Below, piece by piece: positions 47,201 through 55,641 of a stretch of 64,000 bases of DNA (positions are counted from its first letter, which is position 1; every line of letters begins with the position of its first letter). Source of the DNA: a virus (taxonomy: Duplodnaviria; Caudoviricetes); IMG/VR virus record IMGVR_UViG_3300045996_002689, positions 484 to 64,483 of that record. One strand, given 5' to 3'. A program made the translations under genes and the position numbers. The notes beneath the pieces were generated by a model, which was not told the origin of the DNA, did no database searches, and was given only the letters and a program-made list of their open reading frames with translations.

Positions 47201-47252
47201 CAAGATGCGAACCGTGGTAGGCTATCGCGAGATCGACAGAGAGGTGGTGTGA
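44217..47252 (+). CDS. baseplate hub / tail tip protein
   Basis: 1011 aa; position; hub-like N- and C-terminal regions around a large insertion. Confidence 0.65.
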   Translation: MTDNLQHGIQFRAYIGPRLVAEDDPQEYGKWDFATALGDDYNTPPHIGARTLNSTLLAAATSGLSVSGAALPAAAGVWVGPNGSGQGWEYIAYHSSGGALLRDYQMGNLQSGHNGIHTAGAPVYFWYPLDMNLGNVQLNLESSDNMAVQQWTAQLNGARAPFAVLKPEHLIIVTYKLDDMTVAESALDLLFVGFVDRVTVNQDTQRRGLWDIEIVCSARTIQDSLIPGVRFGPLNLALEADIDASSSLGAAWKLSLPQKLEAEAGTIPEIDLVELQQDLGPEHMTDDSDSTLWVSDGWLGNPASFANTHDHNAWASVFAYPPPSQVMGSRYIEIINHLGLDFTWYWTYQKYTYPSGSRGRWFQSSEEDMFQGEGIDDPDALSGQEDRLVIAEHAETFRRQFPAANPKFLIDAAQLGGVTNSEAVRRLWWEGGALFMVWSNPPDSRGYLIYWGNVTETELEDSWEIWGSKDVEGELEFPLPLSTAVDIDSGTIKPGMVIRRNFADVEGDAYIVDYVHHPGYQITNTGNNSPNPEWIKLILPKMTHVLRDTIDTATTTIFVVDGQGAPNVEGLSKNGVAGTIMVDDEVISFTGKDYYAGSLTGCTVTGKHMAGSKVYARWRTKWHAPLSAQPDPFDELFQDKVFDIATDAYPIERIEWGRGYYANGDDRFPYLGKYTVNFSLYEEARPPGEESYRQDYLAQLLVDSATFVPSVAVPNAAIDTTTSHFDPDSIGDGFRPKVVMFDLFEMWGESGTPVTARPRLNYIRVHADRRFFNPDTWIDIPSDGYANELIVRTLLDLSGQYSSLFMTFDDGVTETTRRRRGITERNTAWRVAVDMAEYGSSIIQCRRNGRIRIRANPYLLSTTHTPTLTLTDADIVSLQVANIRAAEVGQVRLVWTNGVTGASGSAVWPETARRGTSIIDLGDILANDQAQADAIAFNNYVTRRYPYNVFIELSESTLSIEIGQVHQVTYDFHRTGEMLVKILLVESVSIDIKEGKMRTVVGYREIDREVV

Positions 47253-47253
47253 G

Positions 47254-50200
47254 ATGTCAGAGGTGCTGACCAGGGCCATCAAGCGCACCCTGCAAAACGA
47301 ATACAGGCGCAGCGTGCAAAAGCGTAGCGGCGTGCGCAAAGCCAGCATCAGCGCGGGCGCATCAGGCCGCGGCGCGGTGGTTGCCGCAGGACAGGTCTTT
47401 CCTGCCAGCAACATCAACGCCACCGCAGGCGCGACTGTGGCCGTGCGCAATGTCGGGCGCATCGCCAATGCCCTCTACCAGCCGGACACCTCTTCTAGCC
47501 TTGTCTACAACATCGGCACGCCTATCACCATCACGGGAGAGGGCGGCGGCGGGGGCGGCAGCACCCTGAGCGCGGGCGACGGCATCAGCATTGTGAGCAA
47601 TGTGATCTCTGTCAACGTGCCCGCTATCATCGACAGCGCCAGGGCCATCTCCGTGACGGCAGGCAACCTGGGCCTCCAACTCAATGCCAACAGCGGTCTG
47701 CGCTATGGCAGCGGCGGCGGGCTGGAGATGGGCACGCTGGGCACAATTGCCTGGGACAGCCAGTCTATTATTTCAGGCACCAGCCACAACCACGCCATCG
47801 CAACCGTAGAGGATGCAGGGGCCAACGTCTCGCCCGTGCGCTCAATCTTGCGATCTTCAAGCTCAGGACACCTTGGACTTGGCGCACTAAGTTTAGGCGG
47901 CAACCTCACTTTTATTGATACCGGCGGCGTAGGGCGCAGCATCGTTGGTACCACGGATTTGACCATTGCCAATGCGGGCGACTTGACCCTCAACCCCAAC
48001 GGTAATGTTTACACACCAAACTCCCAGGAGGTGCGCGCCACCCTGATCCAAGACCTACCCACGGGCATCCTGGGCTACCGGCTGTGGGCGCGCCCTGAGT
48101 ACCCCAACTACCAGCAACTCACCATCGGCGCAATCAAGGCCGACGAGTTGTATGTGCGCGTCTTTGTAGCCGACGAGACGCGCATCGACCGCGGCGAAGA
48201 GTACTGGAGCAAGAGCTTTGGCCTGGTGCAGACGGACTTCGCCCTGCCCGCCATCGGCTCCACCGTCGACGTGTGGTTTGAAGATGCACCCGCCGCGATT
48301 GGCTTTAACCTCTTCTCCAATGGCGACTACCTGCTCATGCGCACGATTGATTGGGGCACGGGTTTGGTGGTGCAGAAAATCTGGTGGCAGGTTGCCGCCG
48401 CCAAGCTCGCCCAGGAAACCACGGCCGCAAACGGCGTAGACAGGCAACGTTGGCGTATCCGGCGCATTGCGGGCGGAAGTACCACGGGTATCATCAAACG
48501 TGGCTCCTTGGCGCTTGACGTGGGCGTGGTGGGGCAAGGGTGGATACATCTCAGCGCCCTCGATCAGGACGGCGGGCCTTTTATCCAGATCGGGGAGATG
48601 ACCAGTGTTGCCACGGTGCCGCAGTTTGCCAACCGCGTGCGCATGGGAAACCTCAACGGCGTGGTGGGGATCAGCGAAGATTTTTGGGGCTTTGCGGCAG
48701 GCAACGAGCTTGGCCTGGGCATCACCCCCACCAGCGGCTTTAGTGGTTTTGTAGCAGGCAAGGCACCCGCCAGCGCAAGCGCCGCTACCAAAGCCTATGA
48801 TGGCATGACGCTCTTCAACACTGACCTGCGCCTCTACAGCGGGGCGAGCCAGGTGCTTGCCCTCTCGCGCCAGGATGGGCTGGTGATGAAGATCGACCCC
48901 ACCCAGCAGGCAACGGCCTACCCGCAGATCAGGTGGTCGGACACGGTGCCCTACAGCAACGAGCGCGCTTTAATCACCGCCTGGGGCGTGACCGCTCGCA
49001 CCGACATGATCTCCTTGGTCAGGAACCAGGCCGCGGGTGGGGTGGCGCACATGCAGATCGCCGCCACATCGCTGACGCAACTGGCGACCCTGCACCTGGA
49101 CAGCTTCCCCTATGCCAGCCTCACCACGGCGCTAAGTGGCAACAACCCCTCTTTTGTGGTGAGCGGCAACTTTGTCGGCGTTGGCTTTAACCCGCCAACG
49201 TTAATGCCCGCCTCGCGTCTGCATGTCTACGAGAGCAACGCCAACACCAATGAAGCGGTGGGGGTGCTGATCGAGCAGGCCAGCACGGGAGACGCCGTGC
49301 TGCATTGGAAGTTGACCACGGGCGGCAGGGTATTTAGCGCAGGCATTGATAATTCGGCGGGCGACGTGTGGAAGTTGTCGGCCAATTCGTCTTTGGGTGT
49401 GACTGACTTTATCGTGGTAGACCCAACCACCGGTGTTGTCACCATCAATGGCCTTAGCGGGGGAAGCTCATCGTCGGGACTAATCGCCGGTGATGGCATT
49501 GACATCGCAGGCTCCACCATCAGCGTGGACACGACAGTGGCGCGCTCAGGTTGGCTGGTCAACGCGGGCAACGGACTGTCAGGCGGCGGCGGTTTGGTGG
49601 CGGGCGGCATCACGCTTGATATTGTCGGGGTAGTAGGAGGGGGCATCAGCGTCAACGCCAACAGCATCGGCGTGGACAACACCGTCGTGCGCACGACTCA
49701 GCAGGTGATCGCAGGCAATGGGCTGGCAGGCGGCGGCGCGCTCACGGGCAACGTCACGCTTGATATTGGCGGGGGCAACGGCATTACCGTACTAGCCAAC
49801 AGCATCGAAGCCAAGCCCCACCCCGCGGGCGGCTTAAATGTGGACGGCGCTGGCCTCTACATCGACCCCTCGTTTGTGGGCGGGGGCTTGGCGCTCTCGC
49901 CTACCTGGGTAGCCTCTGTGGGCGCGGGCAACGGCATCAGCGTGTTGGCCGACAGCATCGAGATCAAGTTGCTCTCGCCCTTTGCGGGCCTTACCGTGGA
50001 CTCGCTGGGGTTGCGCGTGCGCGATGACATCGCGGGCAACGGCCTGCTTATGTCTAGCTCTAAGATCATCGACCTGGTGGCGGGCAACGGCTCGCTGACC
50101 GTGGGGGCCGACAACGTAGTAGTGAACTATGCGCACAACTGGCCGTGGACGGGCGACCATACCTTTAGCACGGGAACGGTAAGGTTTAACACCACGCCCC

Positions 50201-53200
50201 AGGTCAACGCCAACTTGAACTTCCTGGGCGTGCGCAACATCACCTCCAATGACACCCTGGGCATCTCGCCCACAGGCGACCTGTGGATAACCCCCAGCGA
50301 CCTGGTTGTCCTGCCCATCGCCAAGGAACTGCGCAGCGAGCTTTTTAATGACCTGCCTACCGGCATCGACGGCATGCGTCTCTTTAACTCCGCCGCCAAC
50401 CACAAGAACCTGACGCTGCACGGCATCAAGGCCGACGAGCTTTATGTCAGGGTTTTTGTGGCCGACGAGACACGCATTGATAGGGGGGAAGAGTACTGGA
50501 GCAAGAGCTTTGGCCTTGTCGAAGAGGAATCTCCTGGGCTACCTCCCCTTGGCTCCACCTTCGACGTGTGGCTTGAGGACGCGCCAGGCGTCGGGCCATT
50601 TGCGCTCTTTACGGCAGGGGATTACATCCTGGTGCGCACGATTGACTGGAGCGTTGGCCTTGTCGTGATGATGGTATGGTTGCAGGTGGTTGACGGCGGC
50701 GGCGCGGGCGGCGACTGGATTTTACGCGATGACGCCAACGACCGCCAGAAGTGGCGCTTGCGGCGTCTCGGCGGCGGCAGCGTAGGCTACACCTTTAAGA
50801 AGGGCACGCTCCTATTGGATGTGGGCACGCTGGGTCAGGGCTGGATACACCTGTCGGCGCTTGAGCAGGACGGCGGGCCATTTATCCAGGTGGGCGACAT
50901 GACCAGCCTGCTGGGTGGCATCCCGCAATTTACCAACCGCGTGCGCATGGGCAACCTGAGCGGTACAGTGGGCATCGCTGAGGACTTTTGGGGCTTTGCC
51001 GCAGGCAATAACCTGGGAAGGCTCCCCAGCGATGTCGCCAATCCCTTTAGCGGCATTGTCGCAGGCAGGTCGAGTTCGGGAACGCATCCCTACGATGGCA
51101 TGGCGCTCTTCAACGTTGACCTGGAGATGTATAGCGGCGGCTCGCTCATGGCAAGGTTTAACAACACCACGGGGCTGACGCTTGACTTTGACATTGCGCC
51201 GGACGCTACCGTGGGCCGCTTTATCCGCTGGCAGGATGACCCGCGTGTTCACGACCCCAACTCCAACGCCCGCATCGGCGCGTGGAAGGATGTCAACACG
51301 GGGCGCAATCGCCTGGGCTTGCTCGCCATCGATCCGGCAGGCAACCCGATCATCGACAGCTACATCGAGAACAACACCAGCGGGCAGACTGCCACTACCT
51401 ACTTCTCGCTGGACGAGTATCGCATGGACTTCTTTAGCGGCGGCGGATCGTTCCGTGTTCTCAGCGACGGCAAAACACTTATCGGGGGAATATCGTCGCC
51501 CGACCCGCTCTCAAGGCTTCATGTTTACGACAATAACTCCGAGACAGGGATCGCCGCAGGACTACTCATCGAGCAGGATGGCGCGGGCGGCGATGCGGTC
51601 TTACATTGGCGCTTGACCGATGAGGCCAACTGGTCGGCTGGCATCGACAACGACGCCTCAAACGGCTGGAAGCTCTCTAACTCCACGACGCTGGGCACCA
51701 ACCCGATTATCTCCGCCGCCACATCCGGTTTTGTGGGCATCAGCGCCGCTCTGCCCGAAGTCTCCTTGGATGTGCGTGGGGACAGCGCCATTCGCCACCG
51801 TCTCGCCAGCGTCACCGCGGGCGGCGTTTATGTGCAGAGCATCCTGCACGGTTCTTCCCTGGACTTTGCGCGTGTCTCTTTTGCCCACAATGCCCGCTAC
51901 GATCCCGCCACGCGCACCTGGATCACGGAGTTTACGGGGGGTAGCGATGCTTCGGCCATGATCGTGCGCAACGGCGGCGGCTTTGACTGGATCATCCACC
52001 CCAGCGCGACAAGTCCTATGAGCAATACCAGCTTCATGGGCGGCAGGCGCATGGCGCTCTCGCCTGGGGCGGAGCTTCGCGTGGGCTTGTCGCTCAAGGT
52101 GGGCGATGCGGCTCTGAATGTGGCGTCCTCCATCCTTCACGTTTATGAGAATAACTCCAACACGGGCACGGCGGCAGGCGCAACCATCGAGCAGGCGGGC
52201 GGCGGCGATGCGCTCTTGAGATTTTTGGTCTTGGGACAGGGCTGGACAACTGGCATCGACAACACCGACAAAGCCTATAAGATTACCGCAGGAACGGTAA
52301 ACATCGACATCAACCCCGTACTGACCCTCACCACAGGGCGCAGCGCGGGCATCAACACGCCCGCTCCTGGACTCAACATCGTCGGCTCGTTTGACTACAA
52401 CCCAGGCAATGTTTTGCAGATCAATTCCACAGGCGGCGCATCGGTGATCGTGCATGGCGACAACGGTTCGACCGTGGACATGGTGACTATCGCCAATGCT
52501 CCCAACGAGCGGTGGTTCCGTTATGGGCTATTTGGCGGCGGCAAAACCAACTACCAGAGCATCAACGACACAGGCGCAATTGTCCACCAGTTTATGACGC
52601 TTGACCACACCACAGGCTACATCGGTCTTGACGAGGTAAACCCAGGAGCCAAGCTGGAGATTGCCAGCCAAACCGACGCTATCATCCAGCCCGCGGTGCG
52701 CGCCGTGGTTTATGGCAGCGGAGCCTATCACTTTATGGGCAGGCGCGCGCTCAACACGCAGGGAGTCCCTGTTGCCGTGACCAGCGGGCAGACCCTCCTT
52801 TCGATTGGCGCTCAGGGTTATCTAAACAACGGCACATGGCCCAGCAGCACGGTCGCCGCCTCACTACATGCGGTTGCCGCGCAGACCCACAGCCCGACCG
52901 CACAGGGAGCCAAGTGGCAATTCTTTGTCACCAAGATCAATACCACGACCACATCCGTGGCGCTTGACCTGGGCGATGACCGCCAGTTCTTTGCCCCTGG
53001 GGTGGACAGCCACGTCACCGCCGCCGCCCCCAATGTCAATGTCGAAACCGGCACGGGAAGCGGCTGGCTCAGACGCTCGACCAGCAGCCGTCTCTACAAA
53101 CGCGACATTCGCGATCTCAACCCCGACGCCAAATTTATTGACAAGCTGCGTCCCGTGTTGTACAGACCGCGCACCGATGTGGGCGGCGGCAACCGTGATT

Positions 53201-53373
53201 TTGTCGGGCTAATCGCAGAGGAAGTAGTAGACGCAGGCGGCAGGGACTACGTGTTCTTTGGAGAGAAAGACCAGCCGGAGGGTGTGATGTACGACAGGTT
53301 GGTGGTGGTCGCCATCTCCGAGTTGCAGTCCTTACGGCGCAGGGTCAGCGAGCTTGAAGCCCGTCTGAATTAA
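47254..53373 (+). CDS. long tail fibre with internal duplication and C-terminal intramolecular chaperone (peptidase S74-like)
   Basis: 2039 aa; AGNGL repeats; TSSRLYKRDI...LRPVLY...GLIAEEV...YDRL plus coiled coil. Confidence 0.9.
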   Translation: MSEVLTRAIKRTLQNEYRRSVQKRSGVRKASISAGASGRGAVVAAGQVFPASNINATAGATVAVRNVGRIANALYQPDTSSSLVYNIGTPITITGEGGGGGGSTLSAGDGISIVSNVISVNVPAIIDSARAISVTAGNLGLQLNANSGLRYGSGGGLEMGTLGTIAWDSQSIISGTSHNHAIATVEDAGANVSPVRSILRSSSSGHLGLGALSLGGNLTFIDTGGVGRSIVGTTDLTIANAGDLTLNPNGNVYTPNSQEVRATLIQDLPTGILGYRLWARPEYPNYQQLTIGAIKADELYVRVFVADETRIDRGEEYWSKSFGLVQTDFALPAIGSTVDVWFEDAPAAIGFNLFSNGDYLLMRTIDWGTGLVVQKIWWQVAAAKLAQETTAANGVDRQRWRIRRIAGGSTTGIIKRGSLALDVGVVGQGWIHLSALDQDGGPFIQIGEMTSVATVPQFANRVRMGNLNGVVGISEDFWGFAAGNELGLGITPTSGFSGFVAGKAPASASAATKAYDGMTLFNTDLRLYSGASQVLALSRQDGLVMKIDPTQQATAYPQIRWSDTVPYSNERALITAWGVTARTDMISLVRNQAAGGVAHMQIAATSLTQLATLHLDSFPYASLTTALSGNNPSFVVSGNFVGVGFNPPTLMPASRLHVYESNANTNEAVGVLIEQASTGDAVLHWKLTTGGRVFSAGIDNSAGDVWKLSANSSLGVTDFIVVDPTTGVVTINGLSGGSSSSGLIAGDGIDIAGSTISVDTTVARSGWLVNAGNGLSGGGGLVAGGITLDIVGVVGGGISVNANSIGVDNTVVRTTQQVIAGNGLAGGGALTGNVTLDIGGGNGITVLANSIEAKPHPAGGLNVDGAGLYIDPSFVGGGLALSPTWVASVGAGNGISVLADSIEIKLLSPFAGLTVDSLGLRVRDDIAGNGLLMSSSKIIDLVAGNGSLTVGADNVVVNYAHNWPWTGDHTFSTGTVRFNTTPQVNANLNFLGVRNITSNDTLGISPTGDLWITPSDLVVLPIAKELRSELFNDLPTGIDGMRLFNSAANHKNLTLHGIKADELYVRVFVADETRIDRGEEYWSKSFGLVEEESPGLPPLGSTFDVWLEDAPGVGPFALFTAGDYILVRTIDWSVGLVVMMVWLQVVDGGGAGGDWILRDDANDRQKWRLRRLGGGSVGYTFKKGTLLLDVGTLGQGWIHLSALEQDGGPFIQVGDMTSLLGGIPQFTNRVRMGNLSGTVGIAEDFWGFAAGNNLGRLPSDVANPFSGIVAGRSSSGTHPYDGMALFNVDLEMYSGGSLMARFNNTTGLTLDFDIAPDATVGRFIRWQDDPRVHDPNSNARIGAWKDVNTGRNRLGLLAIDPAGNPIIDSYIENNTSGQTATTYFSLDEYRMDFFSGGGSFRVLSDGKTLIGGISSPDPLSRLHVYDNNSETGIAAGLLIEQDGAGGDAVLHWRLTDEANWSAGIDNDASNGWKLSNSTTLGTNPIISAATSGFVGISAALPEVSLDVRGDSAIRHRLASVTAGGVYVQSILHGSSLDFARVSFAHNARYDPATRTWITEFTGGSDASAMIVRNGGGFDWIIHPSATSPMSNTSFMGGRRMALSPGAELRVGLSLKVGDAALNVASSILHVYENNSNTGTAAGATIEQAGGGDALLRFLVLGQGWTTGIDNTDKAYKITAGTVNIDINPVLTLTTGRSAGINTPAPGLNIVGSFDYNPGNVLQINSTGGASVIVHGDNGSTVDMVTIANAPNERWFRYGLFGGGKTNYQSINDTGAIVHQFMTLDHTTGYIGLDEVNPGAKLEIASQTDAIIQPAVRAVVYGSGAYHFMGRRALNTQGVPVAVTSGQTLLSIGAQGYLNNGTWPSSTVAASLHAVAAQTHSPTAQGAKWQFFVTKINTTTTSVALDLGDDRQFFAPGVDSHVTAAAPNVNVETGTGSGWLRRSTSSRLYKRDIRDLNPDAKFIDKLRPVLYRPRTDVGGGNRDFVGLIAEEVVDAGGRDYVFFGEKDQPEGVMYDRLVVVAISELQSLRRRVSELEARLN

Positions 53374-53453
53374 AATCTGGGTTGTGTTATAGTTAGCGAG
53401 GTAAGTCCATGAGACAAAATCACCAAAGCCGCAAGCAAGCCAGGAGAGATAAA

Positions 53454-53720
53454 ATGGCCGAACAAGAAGTCAAGAAAACAACCCGCAATTTTAGCGAAGA
53501 TATTGTCACCGAGAAGATCAAGGGTTTTCGCCAAGGGCTGCTGGAGATGCGCGAGCAACGCAACGCCTACCAGGAAGCCATAGATGACCTAGAGACACGC
53601 ATCGCACGCACAGAAGGGGCGCTATTGGCGCTACAAGAACTGGTGCAGCCCACCGAGTCGCAAATGGCGCAGCTACCGCCCGCGCCCGTGATCGAGGCCA
53701 ATGGAGATAAGCAAGAGTAA
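53454..53720 (+). CDS. coiled-coil hypothetical protein
   Basis: AGGAG RBS before MAEQEV. Confidence 0.65.
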   Translation: MAEQEVKKTTRNFSEDIVTEKIKGFRQGLLEMREQRNAYQEAIDDLETRIARTEGALLALQELVQPTESQMAQLPPAPVIEANGDKQE

Positions 53721-53722
53721 AA

Positions 53723-54562
53723 GTGCCTTTTTACAGATCGCTTGTGGTCGCACCCAGGACGCCGCAACTGCCCGCGCTGCAATACTCTGAACGAGAGGCG
53801 GCGGCGGTTGTCAGCGCGCTCAAGGCGAGCTTGCTCCAGGGAGAGGTCACAGGCGATCAGTTGATCACCGAGTTGCAGAAGGGTTATGACATCGTGTGGT
53901 TCATCACGCACGGCGACGAAAACGGCATCGCCCTGACCAATGAGTTTATTACTGCATCTCAACTGACGCAGGCTGTTCGATCCAGCCGCGCTAAACTTAT
54001 TGTGCTAAACACATGCAGCAGCCACAAGGTTGCCGCCAGAATCCACAACGAGTTGCGCACGTATTTGATATGCACGCTGCGGGATGTGCTAGACCAAAAT
54101 GCCTACTACACGGGGAGACTGTTGGCGGCGGCGCTAGGCGGGGGAGCAACCTTCCGCGCCGCCTTTAATGCGGCAATCCCAGGAGGCAACGAGGACTACC
54201 TGTACTTTCCTGGCGATTTCGAGGAACAGGGCGCTATGTCACCCCCACCGCTAAGAGATACGCCGCCCAGCGGCGCAGGCACACCCGTAACCCAAGAGGA
54301 TTTGCGCGAGATGCTGGAGCGCATCGACGCCATTGTCTTTGGGAGCGCACGCTGGCAGATTGTCGGGCTGGTCGAGTCCAACCGCATTTTAGGCGAGAAG
54401 GTGCAGGTACTCACGCGCGAGCTTGACACCACCAAGGCGGAGATGAAACTAACGCGCGAAACCATCCGCACGCTCAAGATATGGCTGATCCTGATCTCGG
54501 TCTTGTCGGTGCTGATGCTGGTGGCGCTCTTTATCCAGACCTTCCGGCCAGGAGGTGCATAG
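53723..54562 (+). CDS. CHAT (caspase-like) protease with coiled coil and C-terminal TM anchor
   Basis: LP.LQYSERE, YDIVWFITHG (His63), LIVLNTCSS (Cys98); C-terminal IWLILISVLSVLMLVALFI. Confidence 0.75.
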   Translation: MPFYRSLVVAPRTPQLPALQYSEREAAAVVSALKASLLQGEVTGDQLITELQKGYDIVWFITHGDENGIALTNEFITASQLTQAVRSSRAKLIVLNTCSSHKVAARIHNELRTYLICTLRDVLDQNAYYTGRLLAAALGGGATFRAAFNAAIPGGNEDYLYFPGDFEEQGAMSPPPLRDTPPSGAGTPVTQEDLREMLERIDAIVFGSARWQIVGLVESNRILGEKVQVLTRELDTTKAEMKLTRETIRTLKIWLILISVLSVLMLVALFIQTFRPGGA

Positions 54563-55072
54563 ATGTCACCCCTACGATCTCTTGTCCAGGCAGGGCACGC
54601 AAGCGCCGCCTTTTTGCGCCAGTTCGTCTACATCGTCGCCCTGGCATTGGTGTTGGTCGCCGCCATCATTGCCGCCGCCTGGGTTTATCGGGCCTGCTGT
54701 AACGTCCCCCCCATCCAGATCGAGATGCTGGACGCCCCCTCTCGCCAATACTGCCCTGGGGACACCATCAACTCGCGTGTCCGCGTGACCATCACGGCAA
54801 CTACCCTGCGCTATATGTACCGCAGCGTCATGGACGAAGGCGAGAACTACAGCTTCTTTGGCACAGAAGAGAGTGTGCCGCCCTCCAACCAGCCGCGTCC
54901 CACCATCTATGTCTTTTCGTGGCCGTGGACGGTGCCCGATCTGCCGCCTGGCACCTACCACCTGGTCACGGGCGGACGCGGGCACGAAACCGACGAGTTG
55001 CCGGTGAGCGACAGCGTTGACTTTATCATCAAAACGGGATGCCCTCCCCTAGAAGGGCAGGAGAAACAATGA
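54563..55072 (+). CDS. membrane-anchored Ig-like protein in the lysis cassette
   Basis: N-terminal TM; VPDLPPGTYHL motif. Confidence 0.6.
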   Translation: MSPLRSLVQAGHASAAFLRQFVYIVALALVLVAAIIAAAWVYRACCNVPPIQIEMLDAPSRQYCPGDTINSRVRVTITATTLRYMYRSVMDEGENYSFFGTEESVPPSNQPRPTIYVFSWPWTVPDLPPGTYHLVTGGRGHETDELPVSDSVDFIIKTGCPPLEGQEKQ

Positions 55073-55419
55073 AAACCGACTGGACAAAAGACGTGAGGTT
55101 GCCAGGCATCCTGTATGTGGTGATCCTGGTGGGCGGCACCTGGTACGCCGAGAACTACCTGAGCGACCCCAGGTGGCTGGAGGCCATTCTTTTGGTTGCG
55201 CCGATCATCGGCAAGATCATCTTTCCAGGCACGGGCCAGATGGAAGGCGTGCTGAACTTAGCCAAACAAATTTTGTCCGTGCTGCCGCCTGCGCCGCGCC
55301 ATGTGCGTGTGGCACCTGGGGAGAGCGCCCCGCCCACCCTGCAACCCTCCGTGGGCGTAGACTCGCGCGATATCGAGAAGCTCAAACCTAACAAGGTCGC
55401 TCGCATGTTTTTGGGGTAG
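55069..55419 (+). CDS. putative holin
   Basis: Two hydrophobic segments; upstream of endolysin. Confidence 0.5.
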   Translation: MKTDWTKDVRLPGILYVVILVGGTWYAENYLSDPRWLEAILLVAPIIGKIIFPGTGQMEGVLNLAKQILSVLPPAPRHVRVAPGESAPPTLQPSVGVDSRDIEKLKPNKVARMFLG

Positions 55420-55437
55420 AAAGAGGCACAAAACATC

Positions 55438-55641
55438 ATGGACGGACTCTTTGGGTTTTTGGTAGGGCTGATTGTCTTTCTGATTGTCGCGGCACTCCTG
55501 TGGAAGGCGTTGGAGAAAATCCTGGGCAAGTTTGCCTTAGATGCCGACATCAAGACCTGGATACAGGTCATCGTGCTGGTTGTGATCGCGCTGGCGATCT
55601 GGTACTACTTTGGGCATTACGTGGGGTTGCCCCCTCGATGA
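55438..55641 (+). CDS. putative holin (two TM)
   Basis: 67 aa, two TM helices, ATGA-coupled to the endolysin. Confidence 0.55.
   Translation: MDGLFGFLVGLIVFLIVAALLWKALEKILGKFALDADIKTWIQVIVLVVIALAIWYYFGHYVGLPPR

Noticed and set aside
47254-53373. Diversity-generating retroelement TR/VR pair
   Set aside because: No reverse transcriptase in the window. Differences between copies are synonymous rather than adenine-specific, and both copies are in-frame coding.
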